Shown here: positions 8,865 through 18,241 of the stretch, in pieces | How positions within the stretch are numbered: the stretch's first letter is position 1 | How the letters are laid out: each line of letters begins with the position of its first letter | Virus record (IMG/VR): IMGVR_UViG_3300025011_000026 | DNA from: a virus | Taxonomy: Duplodnaviria > Heunggongvirae > Uroviricota > Caudoviricetes | DNA: 64,000 bases | Direction: 5' to 3' (one strand) | Made by a program: the position numbers and the translations under genes | Notes under the pieces: generated by a model | The model's database searches: none | What the model was told of the DNA's origin: nothing | The model's input: only the letters and a program-made list of their open reading frames with translations

Positions 8865-9775
8865 TGAGAAATAATATTAATATTGATATGAGTAATTTTA
8901 AAATAAATAAATTCACCAAAGGTTTGATTGCTACCGGAGTATCAGCAGTTGTTTTACTTGCAGGATTTGGAATGTCAACTACAAAGATTAATCCAGGACA
9001 TGCAGGAATCATTTATAACATGCGTGGAGGTTTAGAGGAAAATACGCTATCACAAGGATGGCATATAGTCGCTCCTTGGAAATCAGTTAGAGAATATCCT
9101 GTATCAACTGAAACAGTATGGTTAACACAATCAAAAACAGAAGGTTCTCCAAATGATGATTCGTTCAATACCTCAACAATGGAAGGAAAACCAGTTTCAG
9201 TTGATGCATATTTTACATACCATGTTGATGTTGATAAATTACCTGCCATATTTACTCGCTTCAAAGGTGCTTCAATTGAAAGTATTTCTGGAGGATATTT
9301 AAAACAACAAATAAAAACAGCATCTCAATCAATTACTTCTGGATATAGTGTTATGGATTTATATGGAAATAAGCGTACAGAAATTCAATTAAAAGTACAC
9401 GAATTATTAATCAAAGAACTTACTCCATTTGGTTTGGTAATTGAAACATTTAGTTTTGGTGAAATTCGTCCTGATGAAGAAACCAAAAAAGCAATTCAAT
9501 TAAAGGTTGATGCACAGCAAAAATTACAACAGATGGAAACAGAATTGATGCAATCTAAAGTATTAGCTGATAAAGCAAGAGTTGATGCTCAAGGTGTTGC
9601 AGACGCAAGTCTTATCAAAGCAGAAGGTGAAGCAAAAGCAAATCAAGTATTACAAGCATCTTTGACGGATGCACTTGTAAGATATCAAACTGTTTTGAAA
9701 TGGAATGGTGCATACCCTCAAGTTGTAGGTGGTAATCAAATTATTAGTTTGCCAATGGCAGATGCAGGGAAATAA
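8864..9775 (+). CDS. SPFH/band-7 (stomatin/prohibitin/HflKC-like) membrane scaffold protein
   Basis: N-terminal TM, SPFH core, C-terminal coiled coil rich in A/Q/K (KVDAQQKLQQMETELMQSKVLADKARVDAQ) typical of the family. Confidence 0.7.
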   Translation: MRNNINIDMSNFKINKFTKGLIATGVSAVVLLAGFGMSTTKINPGHAGIIYNMRGGLEENTLSQGWHIVAPWKSVREYPVSTETVWLTQSKTEGSPNDDSFNTSTMEGKPVSVDAYFTYHVDVDKLPAIFTRFKGASIESISGGYLKQQIKTASQSITSGYSVMDLYGNKRTEIQLKVHELLIKELTPFGLVIETFSFGEIRPDEETKKAIQLKVDAQQKLQQMETELMQSKVLADKARVDAQGVADASLIKAEGEAKANQVLQASLTDALVRYQTVLKWNGAYPQVVGGNQIISLPMADAGK

Positions 9776-9790
9776 TAAGAATCTTAGTTA

Positions 9791-9835
9791 GTGAAACCCT
9801 TGCCAGAGTAAGGGTATAGGGTTTCACATTTGGTT
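9791..9835 (+). terminator. hairpin GTGAAACCCT-N17-AGGGTTTCAC after SPFH gene
   Basis: 10-bp stem 16 nt after stop, followed by ATTTGGTT. Confidence 0.45.
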
Positions 9836-9914
9836 AAAATTACGTTATTGTTGTTTAATATAAATAATTACATTTAAATTATAATTAAATTTTAATAAAG
9901 GAGAATGATAAATT

Positions 9915-10238
9915 ATGAACACAATAATTATCAATGGAACTAAAATCCAAACAAGTGGTAATAATATTTCAGTTGTAAATGGAATTATATATTGTGATGG
10001 AAAGGTTGCTTTATCTGGTTTATCAGGTGACGTAAATATTAAATTTGAAGGCGATTTGGCATCTTTAAAATGTGATGGAAGTGCTGAGATAAGTGGTAGT
10101 ATAAAAGGCAATGTAGATGTCGGAGGATCTTTAGAGTGTGGTGATGTCGGAGGAAATGTTGATGCAGGTGGAAGTATACGATGTGGCAAGGTGTCTGGAG
10201 ATATTGATGCTGGAGGTAGCGTTAAGTGTAGTCGGTGA
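9915..10238 (+). CDS. bactofilin-like beta-helical repeat protein
   Basis: tandem G-x-V/I-x-x-G repeats (GNVDVGGSLECGDVGGNVDAGGSIRCGKVSGDIDAGGSVKC). Confidence 0.45.
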   Translation: MNTIIINGTKIQTSGNNISVVNGIIYCDGKVALSGLSGDVNIKFEGDLASLKCDGSAEISGSIKGNVDVGGSLECGDVGGNVDAGGSIRCGKVSGDIDAGGSVKCSR

Positions 10239-10273
10239 TTCAATAAATTATTCATAAATACTAAAATAATTAT

Positions 10274-10302
10274 TTGACATGTAGGAAGTAAAATGTTATA
10301 AT
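10274..10302 (+). promoter_or_regulatory. consensus promoter TTGACA-N17-TGtTATAAT
   Basis: read directly; upstream of 10351 gene. Confidence 0.55.
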
Positions 10303-10350
10303 GAATAAGTAGAGAAGTTACATAAGAATCGAGGAGGTGATAAATCTTAA

Positions 10351-10914
10351 TTGAATTTTAACAGACCAAAGAATGAATCAGAAACACATTTTCTACTAAA
10401 AGAAATATCTAAATACATATTATTTGGTTGGGGATATAAAATGATTGGAACAGAAGTCCATGGCATGTGGGACTTAGACATTGGTAAAAAGAGAAAAGAA
10501 ATTATAGATTGCGTAGGACTTAAAAAGATATCAGAAGGCAGAGGTAAATTTCATTATGATATCAAAGGAATTGAAGCAAAAGCAAGTTTGTCAGATTATA
10601 ATAATGGATTTTGTTGCGCTCCTGCAATGAGTTATGTTATAAGTACAGTAAATACTATTCCAGTTAATATTTTGCCTCAATCTGTAGGATTAATTGAAGT
10701 AGATTTTGATATCTTTGAATTAAAGAAATATTCACAGAAAATCCCTGATATGCAAGGAGTTAAGTTAGTAAAAAGAGCAAAAAGAAAAATTGATAGTAGA
10801 TTTAAAAGTGAAGAAAAGTATAGGAAGTTTTGTAGTGATTGTTTAGAGAAAGTGGCGTATAGAAGCAGTTCAGAGTTGTTGTTTTGGAGAAATTATATAG
10901 AGTTTGTCAATTAG
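10351..10914 (+). CDS. hypothetical protein (187 aa), TTG start
   Basis: downstream of consensus promoter 10274..10302; RBS GAGGAGGTG. Confidence 0.5.
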   Translation: MNFNRPKNESETHFLLKEISKYILFGWGYKMIGTEVHGMWDLDIGKKRKEIIDCVGLKKISEGRGKFHYDIKGIEAKASLSDYNNGFCCAPAMSYVISTVNTIPVNILPQSVGLIEVDFDIFELKKYSQKIPDMQGVKLVKRAKRKIDSRFKSEEKYRKFCSDCLEKVAYRSSSELLFWRNYIEFVN

Positions 10915-10943
10915 ATAAATAAATATATTGGAGGAATAATGTA

Positions 10944-11318
10944 ATGGAAATCGGAGATAAAGTTTTAATCACAGATAATCTTAAAGAACTTAGAGAAAAA
11001 TTTAATCAAGATATTACTTTTGAAATGCTAGAATATGCAGATAAAAAAGCAAAAATTACAGAAGTATTAAGTGATAGTTGGTATGAATTAAATATTGATG
11101 ATGGAGTTTATTGGTGGTCAGAAAAATGGTTAAAACCAGTTAAGAATAATATTACCGATGAGTTTATAACATTTAATGAAGTAATTGGTAATATTCAAAT
11201 GTTGTGGTCTAATATGAGTGAAGACGATAAAACAGAATGTATTCAATTATTCTTTGGATTAAAAAATAAATATGAGATGATTAATTTTATTGATAAGTAT
11301 ACACCTGTAAAACATTAG
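10944..11318 (+). CDS. hypothetical protein (124 aa)
   Basis: RBS GGAGGAATAATG. Confidence 0.5.
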   Translation: MEIGDKVLITDNLKELREKFNQDITFEMLEYADKKAKITEVLSDSWYELNIDDGVYWWSEKWLKPVKNNITDEFITFNEVIGNIQMLWSNMSEDDKTECIQLFFGLKNKYEMINFIDKYTPVKH

Positions 11319-11357
11319 AATTTATACTTGGTTATTAATTTTAAGGAGGTGAACAAT

Positions 11358-11519
11358 ATGGAAACAACATCACGCAAAATGATTAATGAATATAAGAACA
11401 ATCCTAAGAAAGCAATTGAACAATTAGAGTTTTGTGGATATGAAACTGAAGGTGGAATATTGATTAATAATGTTGCATTTATTGCATTGAAGGAATTGAT
11501 TATGGAGGATGATAGATAA
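11358..11519 (+). CDS. hypothetical protein
   Basis: ATG 11358 after AAGGAGGTG RBS (track start 11328). Confidence 0.45.
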   Translation: METTSRKMINEYKNNPKKAIEQLEFCGYETEGGILINNVAFIALKELIMEDDR

Positions 11520-11705
11520 TTGCATAAAATAATATTCTTGCAAGACTTCAACTCATTTAAAAAAGATACTTGTCGAGTAATTATGGAAGAAACTGAACTT
11601 CATTATAGGATTCAAATTAAATTGGATAGTAATGAGTTGTATTGGATGCATAAAAGTGATAATGGGATTGTTTATAGGGTTGTAGAGAGGGGTTAGATAA
11701 TTAAT

Positions 11706-12056
11706 ATGAAATATAAAAATTGCAAAATAGGACAAAAAGTAGTTCCTCATTCCAAAAGTGTATTTGATTATGGTGATTTAGAAAATAGTCATCATTGGGG
11801 ACAAGCGAAATCAATTAATCAACCTTATTTGTTTATTACTAAAATTAAAGAAGAGATAATTGTTTTAAGTGTTGACAAAAGTGATGGAGATTATTTCTTA
11901 CCAGAAGATTTTGAACCATACATAGAAATTAATAATGAAAGTAGGAATATTAAAATGAAGAAATCTGATTTACATAGTTCAATGTTATTTAAAATGAGAG
12001 ATAATAAATTATATGTATTGCTTCCTGATCATGAGGAAGACTTGGTTTTTTTATGA
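11706..12056 (+). CDS. hypothetical protein (116 aa)
   Basis: clean ORF, co-directional. Confidence 0.5.
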   Translation: MKYKNCKIGQKVVPHSKSVFDYGDLENSHHWGQAKSINQPYLFITKIKEEIIVLSVDKSDGDYFLPEDFEPYIEINNESRNIKMKKSDLHSSMLFKMRDNKLYVLLPDHEEDLVFL

Positions 12057-12399
12057 TGTAGATGATATTAATGCAGGATATACTGAAGGAACTGTATTTC
12101 TTTATGATTTATATGAAAATTTAGGACATTGTGACAATGACGATTATGATATTGTTGCTATTAAACAATATGAAAGTTGTGTAGAAGTTTTATCAAAGGT
12201 ATTGTGTAATAGAGAACCTAAAGAATGGGATTGGGTTGAAGAGGTTGAGAAGGAAGAACCAAAAGTAGAAGAACCACAAATTCCTGTTATTAATAATATT
12301 ACAATTAATTTAACTTTAGATTCTGATAGTTTTAATCCTGAAAATTTCTTAAAACAACTTAATGATGCTTTTAATATACTTAAGAAAGAAGGAAGGTAA
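12013..12399 (+). CDS. hypothetical acidic protein; start uncertain (overlaps previous gene by 44 nt)
   Basis: no in-frame ATG after previous stop; EEPKVEEPQIP low-complexity linker. Confidence 0.4.
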   Translation: MYCFLIMRKTWFFYDVDDINAGYTEGTVFLYDLYENLGHCDNDDYDIVAIKQYESCVEVLSKVLCNREPKEWDWVEEVEKEEPKVEEPQIPVINNITINLTLDSDSFNPENFLKQLNDAFNILKKEGR

Positions 12400-12401
12400 T
12401 A

Positions 12402-12611
12402 ATGGCAAAAGAAACAAAAACCCAAGAAAGTATAAGTAAAACTTGGATTATGACAGTTGGAGTTGTTTTCAATAGTGAAGAGACTAAGGAATCGGCTATG
12501 AGAGATTTTCAAGAATCATTGAACGATTATGTAGACAGTTGTAGGATGATTGAAGTTGTTAATGCAAAAGTAGGCAGTCTTAGTTTTAAGATTGTTGAAG
12601 ATGAGTTATAG
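12402..12611 (+). CDS. hypothetical protein (69 aa)
   Basis: RBS GAAGGAAGG upstream. Confidence 0.45.
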   Translation: MAKETKTQESISKTWIMTVGVVFNSEETKESAMRDFQESLNDYVDSCRMIEVVNAKVGSLSFKIVEDEL

Positions 12612-12695
12612 AATAAACGTGAGATTTCGAAGGGTTTTGGTTGAATTAGGTTGAGGTTGTGAAATGTTTTTATGAATTGTAAAATAAATATATAT

Positions 12696-12725
12696 TTGAC
12701 ATGGGTTTGAGTAATATGGTATAAT
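12696..12725 (+). promoter_or_regulatory. sigma-A type promoter TTGACA-N18-TGgTATAAT ahead of replication module
   Basis: consensus -35 hexamer and extended -10 read directly; precedes 12899 gene. Confidence 0.55.
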
Positions 12726-12898
12726 GATTAAGAGGTTAGAAAAATAATTGATTAAGAAGAAAGGATTGATTGGTTGAAGAATAAAGGTAAATGCAGAAGA
12801 CCTATCAAATTTAATAAAAGTCCACCTCTTTCAATATATTTTTAAAACTACTTGTATAAATAATAAAATAAAATTATTGAAAGAAGGAATTAATACAT

Positions 12899-14005
12899 AT
12901 GGCATTTTATAACAAGTTTATTTTCATTGGTGATATTGGTATAGCGAAAGATAAAGAAAAATTTTATAATTCATTTTTAAATGATAAAGGAACATGGAGA
13001 TCATCTAAGATCAATTTCATGATTAAAGAATCTGACCATAATGCAGTATTTGTAGAACTATTTGGTGGGTATATGGCTGATGGAAAAGGGAAAGTATTCT
13101 CAAAGGATTTAGAAAATAATAATATTGAAATTCCTTGGGCAGATCGTAATAATACAGAAACTTTAAAAATGGTAGCAGATATGAAAAAATTTAAAGTTAA
13201 TTTTGGAGAACAAAAAGAATTTATTACAGAGTTCGATATGATTGAGTGTTTAAAAGATGAACTTCCCAAGATTACAAAACCAGTTGTAATTACAGGACAA
13301 ATTAAACATAAAGAATATAAGGGAAAATATACGGATGTATTCATCATTAAAACTATAAGACTTGCTAAAGAAGATGAAAAGAATAAACTCTCTGCTAATA
13401 TAGAAATTTATTACTCTAAAGATTCTTTAGACACAGATGATTTTAAAGAAGAAAAAATTATTAAACTTGCAGGATTTGTTCCTCAATACATAGATAAAGA
13501 GACTGGTATAAAATATATGCCACATCCATTTATATTGAGTGCTAAGAAATTAGATTTCACAAATGAAAAGCATGTAGAAAAATTTGAGTTCTTAAAGAAA
13601 TATCTTACAGTAAAAACTAAAACTTATGTGCATATTCCTTGGCAAATGACAGTCTTTAGAGGTGCTGATGAAGTTGATTGGAATGAATCAATGCTTACTA
13701 AGGCACAAAAAGAACAGGTTGCGTTTGGTCTTTCTTCTGTAGATGATTTTAAACCTAAATCAAATATGCTTGGAGGCAACATATATGAGTATCGTTTAAC
13801 TAAACCATTATTGGTAGGAGATTTTTCCGAAGGAGTAGTAGATTCTGAGATTAAAATTGAAGAATTCGAAAATAATAATGTATTCACTCCAGTAGAAAAA
13901 ACTGAAAAATTTAAAAAACCTAAAGAAGAAAAACTCATTGAGCAGAAAGTGGAATCAAAGGTTGATGAAGTCATTAGTAAAGATGATGAAGATTTATTTT
14001 CTTAA
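12899..14005 (+). CDS. putative ssDNA-binding protein (acidic SSB-like C-terminal tail)
   Basis: first gene of replication module; C-terminus ISKDDEDLFS resembles the SSB DDDIPF tail; pairs with downstream RecA-fold ATPase as in Sak4/SSB modules. Confidence 0.4.
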   Translation: MAFYNKFIFIGDIGIAKDKEKFYNSFLNDKGTWRSSKINFMIKESDHNAVFVELFGGYMADGKGKVFSKDLENNNIEIPWADRNNTETLKMVADMKKFKVNFGEQKEFITEFDMIECLKDELPKITKPVVITGQIKHKEYKGKYTDVFIIKTIRLAKEDEKNKLSANIEIYYSKDSLDTDDFKEEKIIKLAGFVPQYIDKETGIKYMPHPFILSAKKLDFTNEKHVEKFEFLKKYLTVKTKTYVHIPWQMTVFRGADEVDWNESMLTKAQKEQVAFGLSSVDDFKPKSNMLGGNIYEYRLTKPLLVGDFSEGVVDSEIKIEEFENNNVFTPVEKTEKFKKPKEEKLIEQKVESKVDEVISKDDEDLFS

Positions 14006-14014
14006 TATAACTAT

Positions 14015-14040
14015 AGAGGGAAGAGTAATAGCTTCCCTCT
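14015..14040 (+). terminator. hairpin AGAGGGAAG/CTTCCCTCT after 12899..14005
   Basis: 9-bp GC-rich stem just after stop; no strong U-run. Confidence 0.35.
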
Positions 14041-14097
14041 CAATTGGTAAATAGAAAAATAAAAATAATAAAATAAATATAATGGAGGAATTTTATA

Positions 14098-15198
14098 ATG
14101 GCATTTAAAAAGAATACGGTTAAGGTTGAACTGGCATCATATCCACCATACATCATCATGGGCCAAAGAAAAATTGGAAAGACATCTTTATTTTATAAAT
14201 TGCTATTAACTCACTATAAAACATTTGATGCAGGACTTTTAATTTCTTTTGGAGATGAAGAAGGATATCATAGTTTAGATGGATTACAATATGAGCGTGT
14301 CGTAGAATGGGATGCTGATACAGACGAAGAAACTAATCTTCGTGGTTTTATTCAAGTAGTAGATGATTTGGTTGAAAATAGAAAAGAATATGGAATTAAA
14401 GCTATTTGTTTAGATACTCTTGATGAAATGATTTCTATTGGTACTACAGAAATGCTTAAACAACATAAAAGAGAAAAAGGTACTGTATGTAAATCTCTTA
14501 ATGATGCGTTTGGTGGCTTTCAGAAAGGAAGAGATAGACTTCTAGAATCTGTAAATCTTCAAATTACTCGTCTAAGAAATGCAGGATATGCCGTATTTAT
14601 CCTTTGTCATACCAAATTAAAGAATGTTAAAGATGTAATGACAGGAGAAGATTATGAGCAATTAACAAATAATCTTCGTGCTGATTTCTTTGGTAGTGTT
14701 GCAGATAAAGCACAAATGATAGTAAATATTACAATGGAACGTGAAATAGTTGAAGGAAAACAAGTTGGAGAAAAGAGAATGATGTATTTTAGAAACACTT
14801 CTATTGTTGATGCAGGAGGAAGATTTGTTGGATTGCCAGAAAAATTAGAACTATCTGCTGAAAACTTTATGTTAGCATTTGAAACAGGTGTTAAAAACTC
14901 AATGATTAACCCTGTATCTGATAAAGATATTGAAGATCAGAAAAAGGTAGAGGTAAAAGAAATTGATTCTGCTGCTGAAATTGCATGGAAAAAAGAGCAT
15001 AAATTGATTCAGGCAGAAATGAGCAAAGATGATAATTTAGCATTTGTAACTACAATTCAATTAAAATATCCTAAAGCAACAGAAGATATTAAAGAAATTG
15101 TAAAAGGAATTATGTCTGAATACAAAATTGAAAACTTTAAATCTCCAGAAGAACTTTCAACTGAAGGATTAAAGAAAATAGTAACAACTTTAGGTTAG
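14098..15198 (+). CDS. RecA-fold P-loop ATPase (Sak4-like / phage nucleotide-binding protein-like recombination protein)
   Basis: Walker A GQRKIGKTS near N-terminus; Walker B-like ICLDTLDE; replication context. Confidence 0.55.
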   Translation: MAFKKNTVKVELASYPPYIIMGQRKIGKTSLFYKLLLTHYKTFDAGLLISFGDEEGYHSLDGLQYERVVEWDADTDEETNLRGFIQVVDDLVENRKEYGIKAICLDTLDEMISIGTTEMLKQHKREKGTVCKSLNDAFGGFQKGRDRLLESVNLQITRLRNAGYAVFILCHTKLKNVKDVMTGEDYEQLTNNLRADFFGSVADKAQMIVNITMEREIVEGKQVGEKRMMYFRNTSIVDAGGRFVGLPEKLELSAENFMLAFETGVKNSMINPVSDKDIEDQKKVEVKEIDSAAEIAWKKEHKLIQAEMSKDDNLAFVTTIQLKYPKATEDIKEIVKGIMSEYKIENFKSPEELSTEGLKKIVTTLG

Positions 15199-15209
15199 AA
15201 TAATAATTA

Positions 15210-15238
15210 AGGGGATAGGTGAAAATACCCTATCCCTA
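15210..15238 (+). terminator. hairpin GGGGATAGG/CCTATCCCC after 14098..15198
   Basis: 9-bp stem with 9-nt loop then AT-rich tract. Confidence 0.4.
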
Positions 15239-15254
15239 ATTAATATATAAGGAA

Positions 15255-15758
15255 TTGATATGTATGGCAAGAAAATGTATATGTTCAGCAACTAAGGAAA
15301 GTGGAACAACTGATATATTTTATTGTATTAATGATAAGGGCAAAAATAAATACTATAAATCAGAAGAAGTGTATAATGAATACATGAAGGATCAGGAATA
15401 CAAACGAAAAACTATTGAGTATTTTCTATCATTGTTAGGATATGAATATTCAAATTATCTCAAAAAGAGATTAGGAGAATTAAATGAACATTTTACATAT
15501 GAAATAATATATCTCGCATTTATCAAGCAAACAGACAGAATTAAATACGTACTAAATGATAAATTAAGATATTCTACTGAGCAACAAAAAATAAGTTATA
15601 TTATTAAAATAATTGAAAGTGTTATCAATGACATAAAACCATTTAAACAAGTAGAAGAAAATAGTGTTGAAGTAAATATAGAAGAATTAAATAATATTAA
15701 AATTAAATTGATTAAACGTGTTGATATTAGGCAATATCTAGATGAGGAGGATTTATGA
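15255..15758 (+). CDS. hypothetical protein (possible helicase loader by position)
   Basis: 167 aa, immediately upstream and overlapping the helicase gene start. Confidence 0.45.
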   Translation: MICMARKCICSATKESGTTDIFYCINDKGKNKYYKSEEVYNEYMKDQEYKRKTIEYFLSLLGYEYSNYLKKRLGELNEHFTYEIIYLAFIKQTDRIKYVLNDKLRYSTEQQKISYIIKIIESVINDIKPFKQVEENSVEVNIEELNNIKIKLIKRVDIRQYLDEEDL

Positions 15759-17218
15759 AACTAGAAGAATACCCAGAATCACTTACAAAAAATCGTCAAA
15801 TGGTTGAAGCATCATTTATTTTTTCTCTCTATAAAAATCCTTCACTATATGATGATTACCACAAAAATCTTAAAATTGATTTGGAAGATAGCGATATACG
15901 AACTGATGACGGAATTTTCTATTATAGCTTAGGATTGCAGATGTTTAAATTAGGATATCAAACTTTCGATAGTTTAAGTGCATATGCTTTCTTAGAAAGT
16001 AATCAAGTATTAAAGGATGGATTTGAATCAAGAGGTGGATATAAATCCGTTGAAGAAATGAAGAGTTTAATCAACTTAGAAAATCTAGATAAATACTATG
16101 ATGAATTAGTTAAATACAATATGTTATTAAGATTATATGACAAAGGATTTAATGTTGAAAATAATATTGATAAATTTATAAAAATGACTAGCGATGAAGT
16201 ATATGCTTTTTATGATTACCAATTAAATAATATTGCTTTAAATAAATCTGTGCAAGCTAATATTGCAGATTTAAACGAGAATTATGATGAATGGATTGAT
16301 AAATGGGATCAAGGAAATTCAATGGGATATAAGATGGGATTTCCACTTATTAATTATCATATGGCTGGAGTACATAAAGGAAATTTAATTCTTCATGTTG
16401 GAGGAATTGGTCAAGGTAAAAGTACATCTGCAATTTTGTTTTATGTGCTTCCAACTATTGAATCAGGAGAAAGCATTGTAATTATTGGAAATGAACAAGA
16501 TGAAGATGCTTGGAGACAAATGATTTTATCTTCTGTATTGTTTAATAAAATTAATTATAGAAAAATGAATAGACAAAAATTTATGTTTGGAGGATTTAGT
16601 GACGAAGATAAGGAGGGATTACAAAAAGCAACAGAATGGTTAAAAAAATCTAAAGGTAAAATATTTTTTGCTCATTTGCAAGATTATAATATTAATACAG
16701 TAAAGAAAATCATTAAGAAATATAGTAAGAGAGGCGTAGGAGTATACTTATTTGATACTATGAAACCAGAAGATGACTCCTCAGACAAGGCTTGGGCGCA
16801 GTTCAGTGAAGTAGCCAAGGAATTATTTTTGATAGCTCACAAAGAAGATATAGCTCTTATTGCTACTGCACAATTATCAGGAGAATCTAATAAACGTAAA
16901 TATTTAGATTTATCATGTATTGGAAAATCAAAAGCAATTGCAGAGACAGCAGGGCAAGTATTAATGTTTAGGCCAGTAAGAAATGAAGAAAAAGAAAAAA
17001 TGAAGGGTTATTCATATAAAAAAAATAACGAAGGTAAATATACTAATATAAAAACAGTAATTGACTTATCGCCAGATAAAGATTACATCATTATGTTTGT
17101 CTCTAAAAATAGATATGGTAAAGCAAATATTTGTATACTCTATGAAAGGAATATGGACTTTAATTCGATCCATGAATTGGGTTATGTCGATATCGAATTT
17201 GATGGATGGGGAAGGTAG
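15755..17218 (+). CDS. DnaB-like replicative DNA helicase
   Basis: Walker A GGIGQGKST; IALIATAQLSGESNKR resembles DnaB motif H4; N-terminal helical domain. Confidence 0.7.
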   Translation: MKLEEYPESLTKNRQMVEASFIFSLYKNPSLYDDYHKNLKIDLEDSDIRTDDGIFYYSLGLQMFKLGYQTFDSLSAYAFLESNQVLKDGFESRGGYKSVEEMKSLINLENLDKYYDELVKYNMLLRLYDKGFNVENNIDKFIKMTSDEVYAFYDYQLNNIALNKSVQANIADLNENYDEWIDKWDQGNSMGYKMGFPLINYHMAGVHKGNLILHVGGIGQGKSTSAILFYVLPTIESGESIVIIGNEQDEDAWRQMILSSVLFNKINYRKMNRQKFMFGGFSDEDKEGLQKATEWLKKSKGKIFFAHLQDYNINTVKKIIKKYSKRGVGVYLFDTMKPEDDSSDKAWAQFSEVAKELFLIAHKEDIALIATAQLSGESNKRKYLDLSCIGKSKAIAETAGQVLMFRPVRNEEKEKMKGYSYKKNNEGKYTNIKTVIDLSPDKDYIIMFVSKNRYGKANICILYERNMDFNSIHELGYVDIEFDGWGR

Positions 17219-17227
17219 TAATGATGT

Positions 17228-18241
17228 ATGGATTTAATCTCAACAAAAGAATTCTTAAAGGATGATGCAGAAAAAATTATAGAATTACTTAATGATGTTG
17301 GATTTTGCCACATAAAACACAATTATAAACATAAAGAAATACGGTGTGCTGAACACGAACATGGAAATCCTACAGCAATTAAAATTAACACAGAAACTCT
17401 AGGATGTGTAAATTATAAAAGCAGTAAAAACGGAGATATAATTTCACTTATTCAGGAATTCAAACAAATAGGATATAGATCATCATTAGAATACATAATT
17501 GATTATTTTAATCTTGATTTAATACCACATAAAAAGATTCAATTACCATTTGGAGGATTTTATAAAAAAATAATTCCTCCAACGTCTTTGGATCAAATAG
17601 AGTTAAAAACTTATCCAGAAAGTATTTTAGATGAATACTGTAATAATCCTAATATTAGATTTTTTAATGATAGAATTGACTTAGATATTCAAAAACAATT
17701 CAATATTGGTTATGATATATCATCTTTAAGAATTACTATTCCTTGGAGGAGTGCAGAAGGAAAATTGATAGGAATCGTAGGAAGATTAAACGATGATGTA
17801 GTTAATGAAGATAATCCTAAATATTTAGCACTCCTTCCATTCTCAAAATCATATAGTTTATATGGATTTAGTGAAAACTATCAGAATCTAGTAGGCCAAA
17901 CTATCTGGATCTGCGAAGCAGAAAAAAGTGTGATGATTGCTAAAGGTATGAACTTGAATAATGTAATATCCGTAGGAAGTCATAGTATTTCTGCAATCCA
18001 AGTACAACTAATTAAATCACTTATGCCAAAAAGAATAATAATTTCTTTTGATGAAGGAATTGAAAAAGAGAAGCTGATTATAGAGTGTAATAAATTTAAA
18101 AATAGTTTCCTGAAGTATAATATAGGGGTTTTTGATACCACTTGTTTACCTAAAGATTCAAAAATGTCTTTGTTTGACTTAGATGATAATAAAAAAATAA
18201 TGCAATTAGCAAAGGAGAATATAATTTGGCTAGAGAATTAG
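17228..18241 (+). CDS. DnaG-like DNA primase (zinc-binding N-terminus plus TOPRIM)
   Basis: CHIKH...CAEHEHGNPTAIKIN...C zinc-binding region; TOPRIM-like IWICEAEKSVM and SFDEGIE. Confidence 0.6.
   Translation: MDLISTKEFLKDDAEKIIELLNDVGFCHIKHNYKHKEIRCAEHEHGNPTAIKINTETLGCVNYKSSKNGDIISLIQEFKQIGYRSSLEYIIDYFNLDLIPHKKIQLPFGGFYKKIIPPTSLDQIELKTYPESILDEYCNNPNIRFFNDRIDLDIQKQFNIGYDISSLRITIPWRSAEGKLIGIVGRLNDDVVNEDNPKYLALLPFSKSYSLYGFSENYQNLVGQTIWICEAEKSVMIAKGMNLNNVISVGSHSISAIQVQLIKSLMPKRIIISFDEGIEKEKLIIECNKFKNSFLKYNIGVFDTTCLPKDSKMSLFDLDDNKKIMQLAKENIIWLEN

Noticed and set aside
9915-10238. Gly-rich repeat protein considered as collagen-like or ice-binding/antifreeze repeat
   Set aside because: No G-X-Y triplet periodicity. 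The repeat unit G-x-V/I-x-x-G-G-S with alternating hydrophobics fits a bactofilin-type beta-helix better.
1182-13974. Antisense ORFs inside + strand genes (1182..1505, 2850..3059, 3329..3592, 4303..4539, 9013..9264, 9845..10255, 11315..11551, 11553..11750, 12144..12512, 12964..13347, 13624..13974; all - strand)
   Set aside because: Embedded opposite confirmed co-directional genes, with low-complexity or Ile/Leu/Phe-rich translations typical of AT-rich antisense frames, and no RBS.
14098-15198. Walker A ATPase considered as terminase large subunit
   Set aside because: Too short, no C-terminal RNase H-like nuclease motifs, and embedded in the replication operon between SSB-like and helicase genes.
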